From an uncultured Chloroflexia bacterium (GTDB lineage: Bacteria; Chloroflexota; Ktedonobacteria; Ktedonobacterales; JADMIN01), in assembly GCA_963702665.1 (NCBI GenBank), contig CAVPDP010000018.1, forward strand, positions 59,130 to 123,129: a DNA stretch of 64,000 bases. The letters run 5' to 3'. Each line of letters opens with the position of its first letter. Within the stretch, counting starts at the first letter, position 1. Shown here piece after piece: positions 61,051 to 64,000 of this stretch. Made by a program: the position numbers and the translations under genes. The notes under the pieces were generated by a model that did not search any database, was not told the DNA's origin, and saw only the letters and a program-made list of their open reading frames with translations.

Positions 61051-62529
61051 GGGAGCGCCTCCAGGCTGCGGCGCACGTGTCGCTGTTTGCGCTCAGCGCC
61101 GCGGCATCGGGCGGCAGCGGCTGCCCATCGGCGTCAAGCCCACGGGCGGCGAGCGCCCCCTGCATCAACTCGTGCCATGTCTTCGACCCACCCAGCCGCA
61201 GCGATGGCAGCCGACGCGTCACCAGTGGCGTGTCGCCCGTCAGCAGCAGCGTCACACTGTGGCCAGCGGAGCGCAGGCGGCTAAACGCCTCGACGCCCTC
61301 GCCACCGAGCGCCTGTGCCGCGCCGACATAGACGACGGTGCTGCCATAGGGTAGGCGCGCTGTTTCTTCGACCACGATATCGTGGATTGGACGCGGAACG
61401 AATGCTATCAGCCGCGCCAACGCATCCATCATCAGCAGCAACTGACCGCTATCGGTGGAGGGAGCGATACGCAGACGGCCCGCCGAACGCCGCGTATTGA
61501 CCGCGAGCACGCCGCCCAACGTTGCCCCTGGCTCGCCATCGGCGCTCTCCTTCGGGCGCCAGGTGGTGTCATCGTGCGCCTGCATCGTGCCGTTGGCGCA
61601 TAGCCCCACGGCGTAGCCCTGCTCCAGTCCCCAGGAGGCGACGGAGGCCGCCGCGCTGATCGCCAGTTCGCTCAGGTCGTGATCCACCCCAACGAACTGC
61701 CCGTGGCCAAAGAGCCGATCATCGCGGCCAAAGGTGCGCAGGTCGAGGAAAATCGTCAGCGTATGGTGCGCCGATGGCTCGAAGACTTTGGTATGCAGGG
61801 CGCCCGTGCGCGCGGTGGCCTTCCAGTGGATGTGGCGCGGGTCGTCGCCCGGCGCGTAGCCACGCACACCAGTGACACGCAGCGGATCGGCGAGCAGATG
61901 GCGCGGCGTCGAGAGATCGCCAAATGGCGCACGGGCGGGCAGCCCCAAACGTTCCAGCGGCATCACCAGTGGATGGACGAGCAGACGCGCGGGCTGTTCG
62001 AGCGCCTGTTCGTGGGTCAACACGCCCAGTGGGTCGCCACTCTGCAGCAACATCGGGCCAAAGGTATAGGCCCCGCGCTCGATGACACGCATCTGGTAAC
62101 GGCGTATCACCCGCTGCGTCGCCCAGAGTGAGAACGCATTCGTCAGTGTGGCGCGCCCGTCTTATAACTCGGCTGAACCAGCGCGCCCATGATGCGGCAA
62201 TCTTCGGGCACCTCATCGACGAGGTCGAGGCGCGGCAGCGGCAGCAGTTTGCGATTTTCGATGGTGATGACGAAAGGAATCTCGTCGCCAACCTCCGCCC
62301 GCTCCGTGCCCAATTCGCGGCGCACGATCACATCGGTGAGGCAGAAGCGATACCATATCTCAGGGATAACGCCGAGCGCGAGCACGGCAAGCCCGGCGAC
62401 GAAGAGCAATGGATTGCGCAGGGCCAGACTGATGAGCAGCAGGAGCGCGCCCACCAGATACCACGGTCGCCGCGAGAGGATATTCTCGTCGTTCCCATAG
62501 CGCCGTACCTGATCCCGCGTCCGTTCCAC
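61047..62529 (-). CDS. DUF58 domain protein (indels)
   Basis: NRKLLPLP, RGAYTFGP, GDPLG, GVRGYAPGDDPRHIHWKATAR. Confidence 0.88.
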
Positions 62530-62897
62530 GGCGGCGGCTATGCGCTACCTCGGCGGTGGACAAACCCGAACATTGTAGGACTCGCTTCTTCCCCATCGCT
62601 GAGGCGCTATCGCTTCACTGGCGTTCATTGGTCATGACGGTGGTACAGACGCGCGGCGTAGATGGATTCTTTCACAGACACTTCCTACCGTATTCACATG
62701 CAGCGGGATAATAATGAAGCTATCGACAGGCCGATGTGGCGCCAATGATGTCGATAGAAACGATAGCACGGAACATCTGATCACGCTGTCGGCGTCATAG
62801 CGCATCATAGCAACACGCGGCCTGGCATGCGAACATGATACACGATACACGATGCGCCGCTGGTCAGGCACGGTTGCGCCGATTCATACAATAGTGA

Positions 62898-63881
62898 TTG
62901 AATGTGCTATATCTGAGAGCACCGGGGACGCGCGAGGCGCCACGGGCAGAGAGAGCAAACGACGATGATCCCTCAGCAGAAGAGCGCCATGCCCGATATG
63001 ACCGACGCAACCGAGCAACGCCCAACGCGACCGACGACGCTCCCCCGGCTTTGCCGCTGACGACGCGCGGCATCTCTGTGGTGCTGCCCGCGCACAATGA
63101 AGAGGCGGTTCTGGCGGATACGCTCAAAGCGTGTGTGGCGACGCTTGGCGAGATCGCGCCCGACTATGAGATCATTGTCGTCGACGATGGCTCGACCGAT
63201 GGCACCGGGGCGCTCGCCGAGGAGTTCGCCGCGGCCAATCCACACATCCGCGTCGTCCACAACGACCCACAACGCGGCTATGGCGGCGCGCTGATCGCTG
63301 GATTCAACGCGATGACGCAGCCGCTCACGTTCTTTATGGACGCCGATGGCCAGTTCGATATCCGCGATCTGGCGCTCTTGCTGCCACTGCGCGAGCAGGG
63401 ACACCGCGCGGTGCTGGGCTATCGGCTGCGGCGGCAGGATTCACCGCTGCGCAAGCTCAACGCCTGGGGCTGGAAGCTGCTGGTCTCGAATCTCTTTCAC
63501 CTGCATGTGCGCGACGTGGACTGCGCCTTCAAGCTCTACGATACCTCACTGGTGCGCGCGGTGGATGTGACGGCGGAGGGCGCGATGGTCAACACGGAGA
63601 TGCTGGTGAAGCTGACCAGGATGGGCGTCCCCTTCGTGGAGGTACCCGTGCGCCACTATCCCCGGCTGCACGGCCAGGCCAGCGGCGCGAACGTGCGGGT
63701 GATCTTCCACGCTTTCCGCGAGCTTTTCCGCCTCCACAGCAAGCTGCGCAACTGGCGCGCCACCGTTCCGCCAGAAGAGGATGGAGGATTCATGCTGGCT
63801 CAGCTGTACGGCTCTACCAGCTCATCGATGTCGAAGGGTTTTCGAGGAAGGTCGTCAATAGCTTCTTCCACGACATCATGA
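62898..63881 (+). CDS. GT2 glycosyltransferase (DPM1-like); 3' end uncertain
   Basis: VVLPAHNEE, VVDDGSTDGT, GYGGALIAG, MDADGQF, DVDCAFKL. Confidence 0.9.
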   Translation: MNVLYLRAPGTREAPRAERANDDDPSAEERHARYDRRNRATPNATDDAPPALPLTTRGISVVLPAHNEEAVLADTLKACVATLGEIAPDYEIIVVDDGSTDGTGALAEEFAAANPHIRVVHNDPQRGYGGALIAGFNAMTQPLTFFMDADGQFDIRDLALLLPLREQGHRAVLGYRLRRQDSPLRKLNAWGWKLLVSNLFHLHVRDVDCAFKLYDTSLVRAVDVTAEGAMVNTEMLVKLTRMGVPFVEVPVRHYPRLHGQASGANVRVIFHAFRELFRLHSKLRNWRATVPPEEDGGFMLAQLYGSTSSSMSKGFRGRSSIASSTTS

Positions 63882-64000
63882 TAAAAGGTGTGCCCCGTAA
63901 CTGCTCATTTCGCGATGATTTCCACGAGCTTGGGACAACCGATAGTCGATGATGGCAATCGGCTCCAGACTGCCTTCGAGTAATCCTTGCCTCGATGACC
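63800..64000 (-). other. Fragment of a response-regulator receiver-like gene (degraded or low-quality sequence at window edge)
   Basis: Across frames: IIDYRL, TPFIMMS, KPFDIDELV. Confidence 0.45.

Noticed and set aside
12798..62529. Numerous frameshifts as programmed recoding or mass pseudogenisation
   Set aside because: They hit unrelated housekeeping genes, often at homopolymers, with motifs intact on both sides; uncorrected sequencing error is the simpler explanation.

Overview
GC-rich bacterial chromosomal window. The gene content and intergenic palindromic repeats suggest Chloroflexota, probably Ktedonobacteria; this is an inference. Many ordinary genes are split by single-base indels, often in homopolymers, so most frameshifts are probably long-read or assembly errors. 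In order, the window holds: an ECF sigma coupled to an Ogt/Ada-Zn hybrid; a polar amino-acid ABC transporter; a polyamine catabolic cluster (PatA-like aminotransferase, saccharopine-dehydrogenase-like enzyme, aldehyde dehydrogenase); an M16 peptidase; a TM2/DUF2752 duplication; iscS; trxA plus a CsoR-family repressor; manA; MocA-like and NadD-like enzymes; a GT-C glycosyltransferase; an orphan RHS toxin cassette; an SF1 helicase-Vsr-like protein; a TetR operon; a ferredoxin; Ste24; a Ca/H antiporter; an amidohydrolase; an SbcCD-like pair; an ABM-transposase fusion; three tandem pentapeptide-repeat membrane proteins; a type ISP R-M remnant; an acyl-CoA dehydrogenase; DUF4129/DUF58; and a GT2. 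Best leads: (1) an unannotated 33-aa Pro-stop leader peptide plus a ~500-nt structured leader upstream of the polyamine operon, a candidate new ribosome-arrest sensor; (2) an ABM domain fused to a catalytically dead IS5 transposase N-terminus, directly upstream of a membrane-anchored SbcCD-like pair; (3) an RHS C-terminal deaminase-like toxin (HAE...PPC) hidden by a frameshift; (4) an ECF sigma with an Ogt-Ada protein that lacks the AraC domain. No tRNA, rRNA or CRISPR array was seen.
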